This document shows positions 1-9,702 of a DNA stretch of 64,000 nucleotides, one piece after another. Position 1 is the first letter of the stretch. Each line of letters opens with the position of its first letter. The position numbers and the translations under genes are program-made. A model generated the notes under the pieces. The model saw only the letters and a list, made by a program, of their open reading frames with translations. It was not told the DNA's origin and ran no database searches. The DNA is taken from the NCBI GenBank assembly GCA_965248835.1, contig CBDFLJ010000002.1, forward strand, positions 384,001-448,000, in the 5' to 3' direction. This stretch comes from Alphaproteobacteria bacterium (GTDB lineage Bacteria > Pseudomonadota > Alphaproteobacteria > MPNO01).

Positions 1-260
1 TCGGCATCGATCCGGACGACCCGTCCGGGCTTGAGGACTATCTCGGCGCCGTTCCGCTGGAAGAGCTCCAGGGCAGCGGCGCGGTCGATCACATCGCGTT
101 CCGCGCCGGCGATGCCATCGCCCTGATAGCGAAGCTGCGCGGCATGGGGGTCGATTTCCGCGAGCGCCTGATCGCCAACATGGACCTGTTCCAGCTGTTT
201 CTCGAGGACCCCAACGGGATCACCGTCGAGCTCAACTATTTCGGCGAAGACGGCAAGTAG
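1..260 (+). CDS. VOC/glyoxalase family protein (5' partial)
   Basis: Manual translation from position 3: ...GSGAVDHIAFRA...FQLFLEDPNGITVELNYFGEDGK*, with DHIAF and DPNG-x-x-VEL VOC motifs; TAG at 258-260. Confidence 0.8.
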   Translation, partial: GIDPDDPSGLEDYLGAVPLEELQGSGAVDHIAFRAGDAIALIAKLRGMGVDFRERLIANMDLFQLFLEDPNGITVELNYFGEDGK

Positions 261-269
261 GACCCGCTC

Positions 270-1472
270 ATGCAGATGGCGGCGGCGGGGGATGTGATCC
301 CCTCGGACGAGGAGCTGATCGCCCGCGCCCGCGACCTGGTGCCGGCGATCGCCGCGCGGGCCGACGAGACCGAGCGGATACGCCGGATCCACCCCGACAC
401 CATTGCCGACATCGAAAAGGCCGGCCTGTGGCGCGTGCTCCAGCCGGTGCGCTATGGCGGTTACGAAGGCCACTACGAGGTGTTCATCGACATCGGCGAA
501 GAGTTCGGCCGAGCCTGCACCTCGACCGCCTGGGTGTGGGTCAACCTGGTCTCGCACAACTGGATGCTGGGCATGTGGCCGGTTGATGGCCAGGAGGCGG
601 TGTGGGGACCCGACCCCGGCGCGCGCATCGGCTCGGCGACGATCTACCCGCCGGGCAAGGTCGTCCCGGTCGAGGGAGGCTACCGGCTGAGCGGGCGCTG
701 GCCGTTCTCCAGCGGCATCGATGCCTCGGACTGGGTGATGCTGGGCGGCATGGTCCCGCCCGAGGACCAGGACGCGAAGCCGGTGCCGAGGGTCTTCGTC
801 CTGCCGGTGGATGTGATCGAGGTGATCGACAATTGGGACGTGATGGGCCTGCTGGGCACCGGCTCCAAGGACGTGGCCTGCACCGATGTCTTCGTGCCGG
901 CCTGCATGACGCTGAGCCCGCACGAGATGCGCGGCGAGGTGACGCCCGGCATGGCCGTCAATCCGAACCCGCTCTACCGCCTACCTCTGCTGGCCCTTTT
1001 CCCGCATATTATCGGCGGCGCGCTGCTCGGCGGCGCCCGCGGGGCCTATGACAGCTATGTCGAGGAGATGCGCAGCCGTGTCGCGACCTTCAACGCCGGT
1101 CGGATCGCCGATCACGCGGCGGTCCAGCTCAGGATCGCCGAGGCCGGCTCGATGATCCGCGCGGCCCGCCAACTGCTGCGCGACGGCCCGCGCGAAGGTC
1201 ATCGCATCGCCGCAGCCGGACGCGCTCCGAGCGAGCAGGAAAAGACCCGCTGGCGCGCCGACGCCGCCTATGCCTGCCGGCTGTGCCGCGATGCGGTCGA
1301 TGTGCTGCACGATGCCTCGGGCGGCGGCGGCAACTACCGCGCCAACAAGCTGCAACGCTTTTTCCGCGATGTTCATGCCGGCTGCGGCCACATCGGCGTG
1401 TCCTGGGACGCCAACGGCGCCGAGCACGGCCGTTCCGTGCTGGGCCTGCCGGTCGGCAATTTCCTGCTATGA
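270..1472 (+). CDS. Two-component flavin-dependent monooxygenase, oxygenase subunit (HsaA / p-hydroxyphenylacetate hydroxylase C2-like, acyl-CoA dehydrogenase fold)
   Basis: Motifs LQPxRYGG, GRWPFSSGIDASDW, DNWDVMGLLGTGS, LQRFFRDVH. Confidence 0.85.
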   Translation: MQMAAAGDVIPSDEELIARARDLVPAIAARADETERIRRIHPDTIADIEKAGLWRVLQPVRYGGYEGHYEVFIDIGEEFGRACTSTAWVWVNLVSHNWMLGMWPVDGQEAVWGPDPGARIGSATIYPPGKVVPVEGGYRLSGRWPFSSGIDASDWVMLGGMVPPEDQDAKPVPRVFVLPVDVIEVIDNWDVMGLLGTGSKDVACTDVFVPACMTLSPHEMRGEVTPGMAVNPNPLYRLPLLALFPHIIGGALLGGARGAYDSYVEEMRSRVATFNAGRIADHAAVQLRIAEAGSMIRAARQLLRDGPREGHRIAAAGRAPSEQEKTRWRADAAYACRLCRDAVDVLHDASGGGGNYRANKLQRFFRDVHAGCGHIGVSWDANGAEHGRSVLGLPVGNFLL

Positions 1473-3772
1473 TCGGCCGATCGATCCCGCGCAGCGAGGA
1501 TTTCAGGCTGGTCACCGGCCACGGCCGGTTCAGCGACGATGTCGACCGTCCGGGCCAGGCGTTCGCCTGCATGGTCCGCTGCCCCCATGCCCACGCCGAA
1601 ATCGGCGACATCGCGATCGATGCGGCGCTCGCCGTGCCGGGCGTCATTGCCGTGCTGACCGGCCGGGATGCCGCAGACGACGGGCTGGCCATGATCCCGC
1701 ACATCACCATCCCGTCGAGCCCGCCCGACATCGCGATCGCCAATACCGACGGCTCGCCGGTCTTCGAGCCGCCGCACGAGGTGATCCCGCTGGCCCGCGT
1801 CCGCCATGTCGGCGAGGCCGTGGCCGTCGTCCTGGCCGAGTCCGAAGCGGCCGCCAGGGACGGGGGCGAGCGGGTCGCGGTCGACTACCGGCCGATCGAT
1901 CCGGTCATCGCGACCCGGCAGACCCTCGAGTCCGGACCGCTGGTCTGGCCCGATCACGGCTCCAACGTCTGCATCGACGGCACGGTGGGCGATGCCGAAG
2001 CAGTCGCGCGCGCCTTCGAGACGGCCCATGAGGTGGTCACTCTGGAGACCACCGTGTCGCGCTGCACCGGAGTGCCGATGGAGCCGCGTGCCGCGGTCGC
2101 TTCCTACGATGAACGGACCGGGCGCTACGATCTTCACGCCGGCTCCGGCGGGGTGGTCCGCCACAAGGAGGACCTGGCTGCGATCCTCGGGGTCGCCGCC
2201 GAGGATCTGCGGGTGACGGCGAACGATGTCGGCGGCAATTACGGCACCCGAAATGCGCTCTATCCCGAGTTCGCGATCGTGCTCTGGGCGGCGCGGCGGA
2301 TCGGCCGGCCGGTCAAGTGGACCGGCGATCGGACCGAGATGTTCCTCTCCGACTTCCAGGCCCGCGACCTGGTCGTCCGCGCCGAGCTCGCGCTGGCCGC
2401 CGACGGCCGGTTCGAGGCCTTGCGGATCTCCAATATCAGCAATATCGGCGCGCACGGGGTCTCGTTCATCCCGCTGGTCAAGGGCGTGGAGATCTTCCCG
2501 CTGACCTACCGGATCGGCGCTTGCCACGCGCGGGCGCGGGCGGTGACGTCGAACACCCCGCCGACCTATCCCTACCGCAGCGCCGGCCGGCCCGAAGTGA
2601 CCTACGCCATGGAGCGGCTGATCGACATCGCCGCCGACCGGCTCGGGCTCGACCGGCTGGCGATCCGGCGGCGCAACATCGTCCCGACCGAGGCAATTCC
2701 ATATGCCAACGGGCTCGGCCTGGTCTACGACAGCGGCGATTTCCCTGTTGCGATGGAGGCCGCCGTCGCGCTCGGCGACTGGCACGGCGCGGCCGCGCGC
2801 AAGTCCGCCGCCGCCGCCCGCTCCCGGCTGCACGGCATTGGCATCGCCAACTACCTCGACCTCGCCACCGGCTCGCCCTACGAACGGACCGAGATGACGG
2901 TCTCGCCCGACCACCGCATCGACGTGGTGATCGGCACCCAGGATTCGGGCCAGGGCCATGAGACCGCGTTCGGCCAGGTGGTGGCTGCGCTCCTGGGCGT
3001 GCCGTTCGAGACGGTGCGGTTGATCACCGGCGATACCGACGTGGTCGCCGTCGGCGGCGGCTCGCATTCCGGGCGGTCGATGCGGCTGGGCGCGATGATC
3101 CTGAGCCAGGCCGCCGAGGAGATCATCGCCACGGGAAGCGGCATCGCCGCCGAGATGCTGGAGGCCGCCGCCGCGGACATCGATTACGCCGACGGCCGCT
3201 TCACCGTGGTCGGCACCGACCGGTCGGTCGGGCTGTTCGAGGTCGCGGGCGCCGCGCCCGACCCGCTGTCCGCGGCCGCCCAGGTCGAGCACCGCCAGGC
3301 CGCCTTCGGCAGCGGCTGCCATGTCTGCGAGGTCGAGATCGATCCGGAGACCGGCGAGACCGAGATCCTGCGCTATGCCGCGGTCGATGACGTCGGCCGG
3401 GCGATCAACCCGATGCTGATCGACGGCCAAACCCACGGCGGCATCGTCCAAGGCCTGGGACAGGCGCTGATGGAGCGCTGCGTCTACGATCCGGAATCCG
3501 GCCAGCTCCTGAGTGCGAGCTTCATGGACTACGCGATGCCCCGGGCCGACCGGACGCCCAGCTTTGCCACCCGCCTGATCGAGGTGCCGAGCCCGCAGAA
3601 CCCGCTGGGCGTCAAACCGGGCAGCGAGGGCGGCACGGCGGTCTCCCCGGCCGTGATCGCCAATGCGATCGTCGATGCCCTGGCACCGCTCGGCGTGCGC
3701 CATATCGAGCTGCCGGCGAGCCCGGAATGCATCTGGCGAGCGATCCGCGAGGCCGCGCAAGGCGACGCCTGA
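1469..3772 (+). CDS. Xanthine dehydrogenase family molybdopterin-binding subunit (CoxL form II-like)
   Basis: ATG at 1469 overlaps the upstream stop (ATGA); IGRSIPRSED, VGGNYGTR, PYRSAGRPE, GQGHET, GQTHGGIVQGLGQAL, GVKPGSEGG. Confidence 0.88.
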   Translation: MIGRSIPRSEDFRLVTGHGRFSDDVDRPGQAFACMVRCPHAHAEIGDIAIDAALAVPGVIAVLTGRDAADDGLAMIPHITIPSSPPDIAIANTDGSPVFEPPHEVIPLARVRHVGEAVAVVLAESEAAARDGGERVAVDYRPIDPVIATRQTLESGPLVWPDHGSNVCIDGTVGDAEAVARAFETAHEVVTLETTVSRCTGVPMEPRAAVASYDERTGRYDLHAGSGGVVRHKEDLAAILGVAAEDLRVTANDVGGNYGTRNALYPEFAIVLWAARRIGRPVKWTGDRTEMFLSDFQARDLVVRAELALAADGRFEALRISNISNIGAHGVSFIPLVKGVEIFPLTYRIGACHARARAVTSNTPPTYPYRSAGRPEVTYAMERLIDIAADRLGLDRLAIRRRNIVPTEAIPYANGLGLVYDSGDFPVAMEAAVALGDWHGAAARKSAAAARSRLHGIGIANYLDLATGSPYERTEMTVSPDHRIDVVIGTQDSGQGHETAFGQVVAALLGVPFETVRLITGDTDVVAVGGGSHSGRSMRLGAMILSQAAEEIIATGSGIAAEMLEAAAADIDYADGRFTVVGTDRSVGLFEVAGAAPDPLSAAAQVEHRQAAFGSGCHVCEVEIDPETGETEILRYAAVDDVGRAINPMLIDGQTHGGIVQGLGQALMERCVYDPESGQLLSASFMDYAMPRADRTPSFATRLIEVPSPQNPLGVKPGSEGGTAVSPAVIANAIVDALAPLGVRHIELPASPECIWRAIREAAQGDA

Positions 3773-3808
3773 GCCGGCGGAGAGCGGGAACGTCAACGTC
3801 CCGGCAAC

Positions 3809-4750
3809 TCACCGTGCCGCTGTGCCGTGCGCGGGGCGGCCGGCCGCAGCGTGCTTGAGGCAGGCATAGGCGGTCCGGTGCACCGGGGTCGGGATGCCCA
3901 GAGCCTCGCCGATCGCGACCACCGCGCCGCTCAGCCATTCGACCTCCAGCCGCCTGCCGGCCTCCAGATCCTCCAGCATCGACATCCTGGACGCCGGATC
4001 GAAAGTCTCCGCAAACGCCAGCGTGCGGGGGACGATGTCCTCGGCCAGCGCGATGCCCTTGGCGCGGGCCAGCGCCTCGATCTCCGTCATCGCGTCCACG
4101 AACGACGCCTTGATGTCGGCATCGGTCTGGATCGCCCCGATCGGCTGGCGGCCGAGGCAGCCGACGGCGCTGGCCGAGGCGAGGAACAGGAACTTCTCCC
4201 ACAAGGCACGCCGAATATCCGCGTTGACCTCGACATCGATCCCGGCGGCGGTTGCCGCTCCGCGGAACCGCTCCAGCCGGTCGCTGGCGCGTCCGTCCAG
4301 CTCGCCCACGACCAGGCGGTGCGTCCTGCCCAGGTGGCGAACCCGGCCGGGCTCGGGAACCGAGGTGGAAATGAACACGAGCCCGCCGACGGCACGCAAG
4401 GGGCCGACCAGGGCCGGCAGCCAATCGGGCATCGCCACGCCGTTCTGGATACCGATCACCGCGGTCTCCGGTCCCAGCATCGGCGCGATCGATGCGCACG
4501 CCGCCGCGACGTCATAGAGCTTGACCGTCAGCACGACGACATCGACCCGACCGACCGCGGCCGGATCGCCGCTGGCCGCGATATGCGCCAGGCTTACGTC
4601 CCCCAGGGGGCTGTCGAGGCGCAGTCCGCGGCGCCTCATGGCCTCCAGATGCGCCCCGCGCGCGATCAGGACGGTATCGGCTCCGGCGGCGGCGAGCCGC
4701 GCGCCGAGATAGGATCCGACCCCGCCGGCGCCCATGATCGCGATCCTCAT
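3809..4750 (-). CDS. panE: 2-dehydropantoate 2-reductase (ketopantoate reductase family)
   Basis: GAGGVG Rossmann motif, QNG, LWEKF, SMLEDL..GRRLE. Confidence 0.85.
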   Translation of the reverse strand: MRIAIMGAGGVGSYLGARLAAAGADTVLIARGAHLEAMRRRGLRLDSPLGDVSLAHIAASGDPAAVGRVDVVVLTVKLYDVAAACASIAPMLGPETAVIGIQNGVAMPDWLPALVGPLRAVGGLVFISTSVPEPGRVRHLGRTHRLVVGELDGRASDRLERFRGAATAAGIDVEVNADIRRALWEKFLFLASASAVGCLGRQPIGAIQTDADIKASFVDAMTEIEALARAKGIALAEDIVPRTLAFAETFDPASRMSMLEDLEAGRRLEVEWLSGAVVAIGEALGIPTPVHRTAYACLKHAAAGRPAHGTAAR

Positions 4751-4985
4751 CGGCGTCAGTCCGCGCGCGGCCCGGCGGGCGTGAACCCGACCCGGGCCGC
4801 AGGGATCAGGACCGACCGCATCGCGCTTCCCCGCGCTGTTGGTGGGGCGAGGAGCCTATCACGCAACCCCGCCGGCGGGCTATTCGGGGCCGGGGCGGTG
4901 CCACCGTTTCCTGTCGCCTTATCCTCGAGCACGGGTAATATGGCTTCGGCCGTACGCGCGGAGGCCGAGCCATCGGGGAGAGCCC

Positions 4986-5669
4986 ATGAGCGACGTTCAT
5001 TTTGCCGGCCCGCGTGAGGAAATGGTCTCGGAGATCGCCGAGCACGTGCGCGCAACGGCCGATGAGATCGGCCGTCATCGCCTCGACGAGCGGGTGATGT
5101 CGGTGATGGGAAAGGTTCCTCGGCACGCCTTCGTGCCGGTCGAGCTGCGCGGTTTCGCGTATGTCAATTCGCCGCTGCCCATCGGCTACGGCAAGACCAT
5201 CTCCCAGCCCTACATCAACGCCGTGATGACCGATCTCCTGGACGTCCGGCCCGAGGACATCGTGCTCGAGGTCGGGACCGGCTTCGGCTACCAGGCGGCG
5301 CTTCTGGCCGAGCTCGCCGCACAGGTCTACACGATCGAGATCATCGAGGAGCTTGCCCAAAGCGCGCGGCGCAGGCTCGCGGATGAGGGCTATCGGAACA
5401 TCGAGGTTCGCCACGGCGACGGCTCCCGCGGCTGGTCCGAGCACGCGCCTTTCGACCGCATCCTGCTCGCTGCCGCGCCGGATCTGGTGCCCCCGCCGCT
5501 GCTCGGCCAGCTCAAGCCCGGCGGGCGGATGGTTCTGCCCGCCGGCATCGAGGACGCCCAGCAGCTCATGGTCGTCGACAAGGACCGCGGCGGAAAGCTC
5601 ACCATGCGGGAGGTGCTGGGCGTGCGCTTCTCGCCGCTCCATGTCGACGACGACCCAGCGAGCATTTGA
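4986..5669 (+). CDS. pcm: Protein-L-isoaspartate O-methyltransferase
   Basis: VPRHAFVP, PIGYGKTISQP, VLEVGTGFGYQAA, APFDRI, QLKPGGRMVLP; GGGGAG RBS before the ATG at 4986. Confidence 0.92.
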   Translation: MSDVHFAGPREEMVSEIAEHVRATADEIGRHRLDERVMSVMGKVPRHAFVPVELRGFAYVNSPLPIGYGKTISQPYINAVMTDLLDVRPEDIVLEVGTGFGYQAALLAELAAQVYTIEIIEELAQSARRRLADEGYRNIEVRHGDGSRGWSEHAPFDRILLAAAPDLVPPPLLGQLKPGGRMVLPAGIEDAQQLMVVDKDRGGKLTMREVLGVRFSPLHVDDDPASI

Positions 5670-5701
5670 AGTGCCTGACCGGCAGGCGGTCGAGGCGCTG
5701 A

Positions 5702-6466
5702 TCAGGCCATCGTCTCGCCGCCGTCGAGCGAGATCACTTGGCCGGTGATGTAGCTCGCCTCGGGACCCAGCAGGAAGACGATCATCGGCGCGATCTCGTC
5801 CGCCCGGCCGAGCCGGCCGATCGGGACGACTTCGGCGCGCTTGGCGGCCACAGCCTCGAACTCGGCCGCCGGCACCAGGCCGCGCCACAATGGCGTGTCG
5901 ATCGGGCCGGGTGCGACGGCGTTGCAACGGATGCCGAGCGGGCCCTTCTCGCGGGCGAGCGACTTGGTGAAGCCGATGATGGCGCCCTTGGCGGCGGAAT
6001 AGTGGGCGGCCTGCGCCTGGCCGCGCAGGGCATGGAGCGAGGACATGTTGACGATCGCCCCCGCCTTGGCCGCGATCATGTCGGGCAGCGCCGCGCGGCA
6101 GACGTTGAAGGTCCCGGTGACGTGGACGGCAAACATCGCCGCCCAGTCCGCATCGGTGATGTCCTGGACTTCGACCACCTGGTAGAAGCCGGCGATGTTG
6201 ACCACGGCATCGATGGTCCCCAGCGCGGCCTGCGCCGCAGCGACGGCGTCATTGACGGCCGTCGGGTCGGCGACGTCGAGCGTGATCGGAAACGCCTTGC
6301 CGCCGGCCGACTCGATCGCGGATGCAGTCTGGCGCGCGCCGTCTTCGTTGCGGTCGGCGATCGCCACCGCCGCGCCGGCGGCGGCCAGCAGTCTGGCCGT
6401 CTCCCGGCCCATGCCGCTGCCGCCGCCGGTGACGAACCCGACCCGTCCGTCCATGGTTCCCGGCAT
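5702..6466 (-). CDS. Short-chain dehydrogenase/reductase (FabG-like)
   Basis: TGGGSGMG, YSAAK catalytic motif, PGPIDT. Confidence 0.9.
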   Translation of the reverse strand: MPGTMDGRVGFVTGGGSGMGRETARLLAAAGAAVAIADRNEDGARQTASAIESAGGKAFPITLDVADPTAVNDAVAAAQAALGTIDAVVNIAGFYQVVEVQDITDADWAAMFAVHVTGTFNVCRAALPDMIAAKAGAIVNMSSLHALRGQAQAAHYSAAKGAIIGFTKSLAREKGPLGIRCNAVAPGPIDTPLWRGLVPAAEFEAVAAKRAEVVPIGRLGRADEIAPMIVFLLGPEASYITGQVISLDGGETMA

Positions 6467-6475
6467 GATCGACCT

Positions 6476-7633
6476 CTACTCGGCGGCGGCGGCAAGCCGG
6501 CGCTTCTTCTGCCTGACCTTGATGCCGTAAAACTTCTCGGCGTTGCGGTAGAGGATCTTCTCCTTCTGCACTTCGGTGATGTCGGTGCGCTCGCCCAAAT
6601 CCTCGCCCGAGCCCTCGCGCTCCTCCAAATGCGGCATGTCCTCGGAGACCATGATCTTGTCATCGCCGAGATAGCCGAGAACCTGGGGCAGCAGCAGCTC
6701 GTCGGCCTCGGCGGTGACGTAGATGCGGTCCTTGTAGGTCTCGGGCGACTTGCTGGTGATCTTGCCGAGCCCGAAGGAGGAGCGGAAGAATTCCGCCACC
6801 GGGTAGTAGTGGTTCATGCGCGCCAGGTACCACGGCAGCCAGCCGCACCCGCCCTCGAGAAAGATCGCCCGCAGCCTGGGATGGCGGTCGAGGATGCCGC
6901 CGCCGGCAAAGCTGTAGAATCCCATCAGGAGCGGCAGGGTGAAGGAGACGTTGAGCGAGCTGGAATGCTCATCGCACATCCGGCGCATCGAGCCCAACGG
7001 CCAGCCGACATGGACCGCGACTGGCAAATCCACCTCCTGGGCGGCCGCCCAGACGGGGTCGAACTCCGGCATATGGAGCAGTCTCTCGCCGACGGTGCCG
7101 AAGCACATCAGCGAGACCGCGCCGGCGTCCTTGACGCGGTGGATCTCCCTGACCGCCGCCTTGGGCTCGCACAGGGGGAGCACCGCAGCCCACTTCAGCC
7201 GGTTCGGCGCTTCGGCGCAGCGCTCGGCGATCCATTTGTTGTAGCTCACCGTCAGCGCGGTCTGGAAGGCATCGTCATCGGTCAGCGGCGCGAAAAGCAG
7301 CGTCGAATAGACCACCTGGATGTCGATCCCCGCGCGGTCGAGGTCAGCGAGCCGGGCCGGTACATCCATCAGCGACTGGTTGCCGATGGAGAACTCCTTC
7401 AAGCCGGCATGGACCGACGACAGCGGACAGCCGATCTGGATCGTGCCCGGGCCCCAGGTCCACTGGATGGCCTTTCCATCGACGAACCAGAACGCGTTGT
7501 CGACGCCCATATAGGGCGCGTCCTGCTGCGGAATGGTGATCGGGATCGGCCGGCGGTCGCGGTATTTTTTGGGCAGATAGTCCCAGGTCTGCTCGACCTC
7601 GAAGACATGGGAATCCGCATCGATATAGGGCAT
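6476..7633 (-). CDS. Amidohydrolase_2 family protein (decarboxylase/hydratase-like)
   Basis: IDADSH, DPVWAAAQEVDLPVAVH, FLEGGCGWLP, EDMPH, KILYRNA. Confidence 0.85.
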   Translation of the reverse strand: MPYIDADSHVFEVEQTWDYLPKKYRDRRPIPITIPQQDAPYMGVDNAFWFVDGKAIQWTWGPGTIQIGCPLSSVHAGLKEFSIGNQSLMDVPARLADLDRAGIDIQVVYSTLLFAPLTDDDAFQTALTVSYNKWIAERCAEAPNRLKWAAVLPLCEPKAAVREIHRVKDAGAVSLMCFGTVGERLLHMPEFDPVWAAAQEVDLPVAVHVGWPLGSMRRMCDEHSSSLNVSFTLPLLMGFYSFAGGGILDRHPRLRAIFLEGGCGWLPWYLARMNHYYPVAEFFRSSFGLGKITSKSPETYKDRIYVTAEADELLLPQVLGYLGDDKIMVSEDMPHLEEREGSGEDLGERTDITEVQKEKILYRNAEKFYGIKVRQKKRRLAAAAE

Positions 7634-7695
7634 GGCCGTCCTGCTCTCCGATCATTGGCGTCGCCGCGGAGTGTCGGTGACCCGCCGGTCGGGCG

Positions 7696-7890
7696 TCAAG
7701 TCGGTCGCAGGAAGACCAGGCCGAGCTCGGGGACCGCGACCAGGAGCACCGCGGTGACGATCGAATTGCCGACGATCTGAGCCACGCCGCGGATCAGGCC
7801 GTTGAACAGGGTCCGGCCGAGGATGTCTGCGCAGATCAGGAACATCAGGCAGAACACCGTGAACGTCCCCAGGCTGTTCGCGCCCGCGGT
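7696..7890 (-). pseudogene. Collapsed TRAP transporter remnant: DctQ-like N-terminal segment joined to a DctM-like C-terminus
   Basis: Manual translation of a frame not in the ORF track: TAGANSLGTFTVFCLMFLICADILGRTLFNGLIRGVAQIVGNSIV-TAVLLVAVPELGLVFLRPT*; no in-frame start codon between it and the DMT stop. Confidence 0.6.
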
Positions 7891-7912
7891 TCGGCAAACG
7901 CCCGCGGGGCGC

Positions 7913-8821
7913 TCACCGGCCTATCGGCGCATCGGGGCGGCTGCGCGATTCGCGCCGTGCAACGTAGGTGGTCGCCGCAACGATCATCGCGCCGCCGATC
8001 CAGACCTCCAGCCCGGGACGCTCGGCGAACAGCAGGAAGCCGAGCAGCGAGGCCCACACCAGCCGGAACAGGATCATCGGCTCGACCAGACCGACATCGG
8101 CCAGCCGGTAGGCCTGGATCACGCAGATATGTCCGCAGCTCCCCAGCGCGCCGATCAGCACCAGCACCGCGAGCTGCCCGAGGCTCGGCGTCTGCCAGAC
8201 CAAGGCCGCCGGGATCGCCGTGACCGGGATCATCAGAAGCGTCAGATAGGCAACGATCGTGGTTGTGGAATCGGTCCGGGTGAGGCCCTTGGCGATGAGC
8301 TTGGAGCCGGTCACGAAGCCGGCCGAACCCACCACCAGCATTGCGCCCAGCGTGATCTCGACGAAGCCCGGCCGCAGGATGACCAGCATGCCGGCCAACC
8401 CGACCGCCAGACCCACCACCCGGTGGAACCGGATCCGCTCACCGAGGATCAGGATCGCCCCGAAGATCGCGAACAGGGGGCTGGTCAGGGACAACGCCGT
8501 CGCATCAGCCAGCGGGATCAGGCTGAGCCCGGTGAACCAGCACAGCATCGAGCCGCCGTTGAGCAGCCCGCGCACCGCGTGAAGCCCGAACCGGTCGGTC
8601 TTGAAGGCCACGATCCCGATCCGCATGAGCCAGGGCAGGAGCACGCAGAAACCGAAGACGTTGCGGAAAAAGGCGATCACGAACGGGTGCAATTCGCCCG
8701 ACATGTAGCGGACCGTGCCGTGCATGCTTGCAAGGAAGGCGCTTGCCAGGATCATGAAGACGACGCCGGCGATTGCCGGCGAGCCCGCTCCGATCGCGTC
8801 GAGCCGGGCGGGGCCGTTCAA
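7913..8821 (-). CDS. DMT/EamA family transporter
   Basis: About 10 hydrophobic segments; IAFFRN, SPLFAIFGAILILGERI, LFAERPG; start overlaps the thioesterase stop. Confidence 0.88.
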   Translation of the reverse strand: MNGPARLDAIGAGSPAIAGVVFMILASAFLASMHGTVRYMSGELHPFVIAFFRNVFGFCVLLPWLMRIGIVAFKTDRFGLHAVRGLLNGGSMLCWFTGLSLIPLADATALSLTSPLFAIFGAILILGERIRFHRVVGLAVGLAGMLVILRPGFVEITLGAMLVVGSAGFVTGSKLIAKGLTRTDSTTTIVAYLTLLMIPVTAIPAALVWQTPSLGQLAVLVLIGALGSCGHICVIQAYRLADVGLVEPMILFRLVWASLLGFLLFAERPGLEVWIGGAMIVAATTYVARRESRSRPDAPIGR

Positions 8822-9237
8822 TCGACGAACCGCCGCTTCGCGGACTCGGGAAAGGCGATCGCGCGGATTCCCCTAGACGAGCCCGGATCGTCGGTCATCA
8901 GCACCCGCCGCTCGAAGCCTTCCACCGCCGGCTCGCCCCCGGCAAGGTTGATCCGGTGGCGGAGCAGGAAAGCGCGCGTGCTCCATTCGTCGACCCAGCT
9001 CTCCTGATCGATTTCATCGCCCAGCCGGCAGGGAAAGCGGAAGGTCGTGCCGGTCTCGATCAGCGGCATCCCGGTCACCCCGAAGTCGCGCGCGAGCTCC
9101 GGATAGCTCAGCCCGTTGGCGCTGAACAGCTTCTCGGTGGCTTGATCGAACCAGATCTGGAAGTTGGGGTAGAAAACGATGCCGGCGGAATCGCAGTGCG
9201 ACCAGGCGACGACAAAGCGGCTGCGGTAGGTCCTCAT
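8818..9237 (-). CDS. 4-hydroxybenzoyl-CoA thioesterase-like hotdog thioesterase (FcbC-like)
   Basis: HCDSAGIVFYPNFQIWFD matches the CDPAGIVxYPNY motif carrying the catalytic Asp of class I 4-HB-CoA thioesterases. Confidence 0.8.
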   Translation of the reverse strand: MRTYRSRFVVAWSHCDSAGIVFYPNFQIWFDQATEKLFSANGLSYPELARDFGVTGMPLIETGTTFRFPCRLGDEIDQESWVDEWSTRAFLLRHRINLAGGEPAVEGFERRVLMTDDPGSSRGIRAIAFPESAKRRFVD

Positions 9238-9240
9238 CGC

Positions 9241-9702
9241 CTAGCCCGGTTGGTTGAGCCGGACCAGCAGGCCCATCAGCGTGTCGAGCTCGTCCGCGCT
9301 CAAATGGCCCGCGACCCGGTCCTCGTGCGTGCGCACCGCGACCCGCAGAGTCGCGAGCACCGCCTCGCCCCGGTCGGTCAGCACGATCGCGTTGGACCGG
9401 CGGTCGCCTTGCTGGGCCTTGCGGGCGAGGAGGCCCGCGTCCTCCAGCTTGTCGATCATGCGCACGATCACCGAGCGGTTGCTGCCGAAGACGTTGGCCA
9501 ACGCGGTCTGGGTCGATCCCGGGTTGGCGCCAACCACGATCAGGAGCCCGAACTGGCCGTGGGTCAGGCCGTGGCGCGCCAAGCGCGCCGAAAAGCCGGC
9601 ATAGACCAGCGTCTGGCCTCGGCGTAGCTGATAGCCGAGGAGTCCGGGCAGGATATCGAGGTCCAGGGGCCTTTCCCGGCCGAGGTGGGCATCGTCTGGC
9701 AT
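9241..9702 (-). CDS. MarR family transcriptional regulator
   Basis: LGYQLRR, LTHGQF, NPGSTQTALA, LEDAGLL, DRRSNAIVLTDRG. Confidence 0.92.
   Translation of the reverse strand: MPDDAHLGRERPLDLDILPGLLGYQLRRGQTLVYAGFSARLARHGLTHGQFGLLIVVGANPGSTQTALANVFGSNRSVIVRMIDKLEDAGLLARKAQQGDRRSNAIVLTDRGEAVLATLRVAVRTHEDRVAGHLSADELDTLMGLLVRLNQPG

Noticed and set aside
1469-3772. Aerobic CO dehydrogenase (form I CoxL)
   Set aside because: The active-site loop is PYRSAGR, not AYxCSFR, and there are no cox accessory genes
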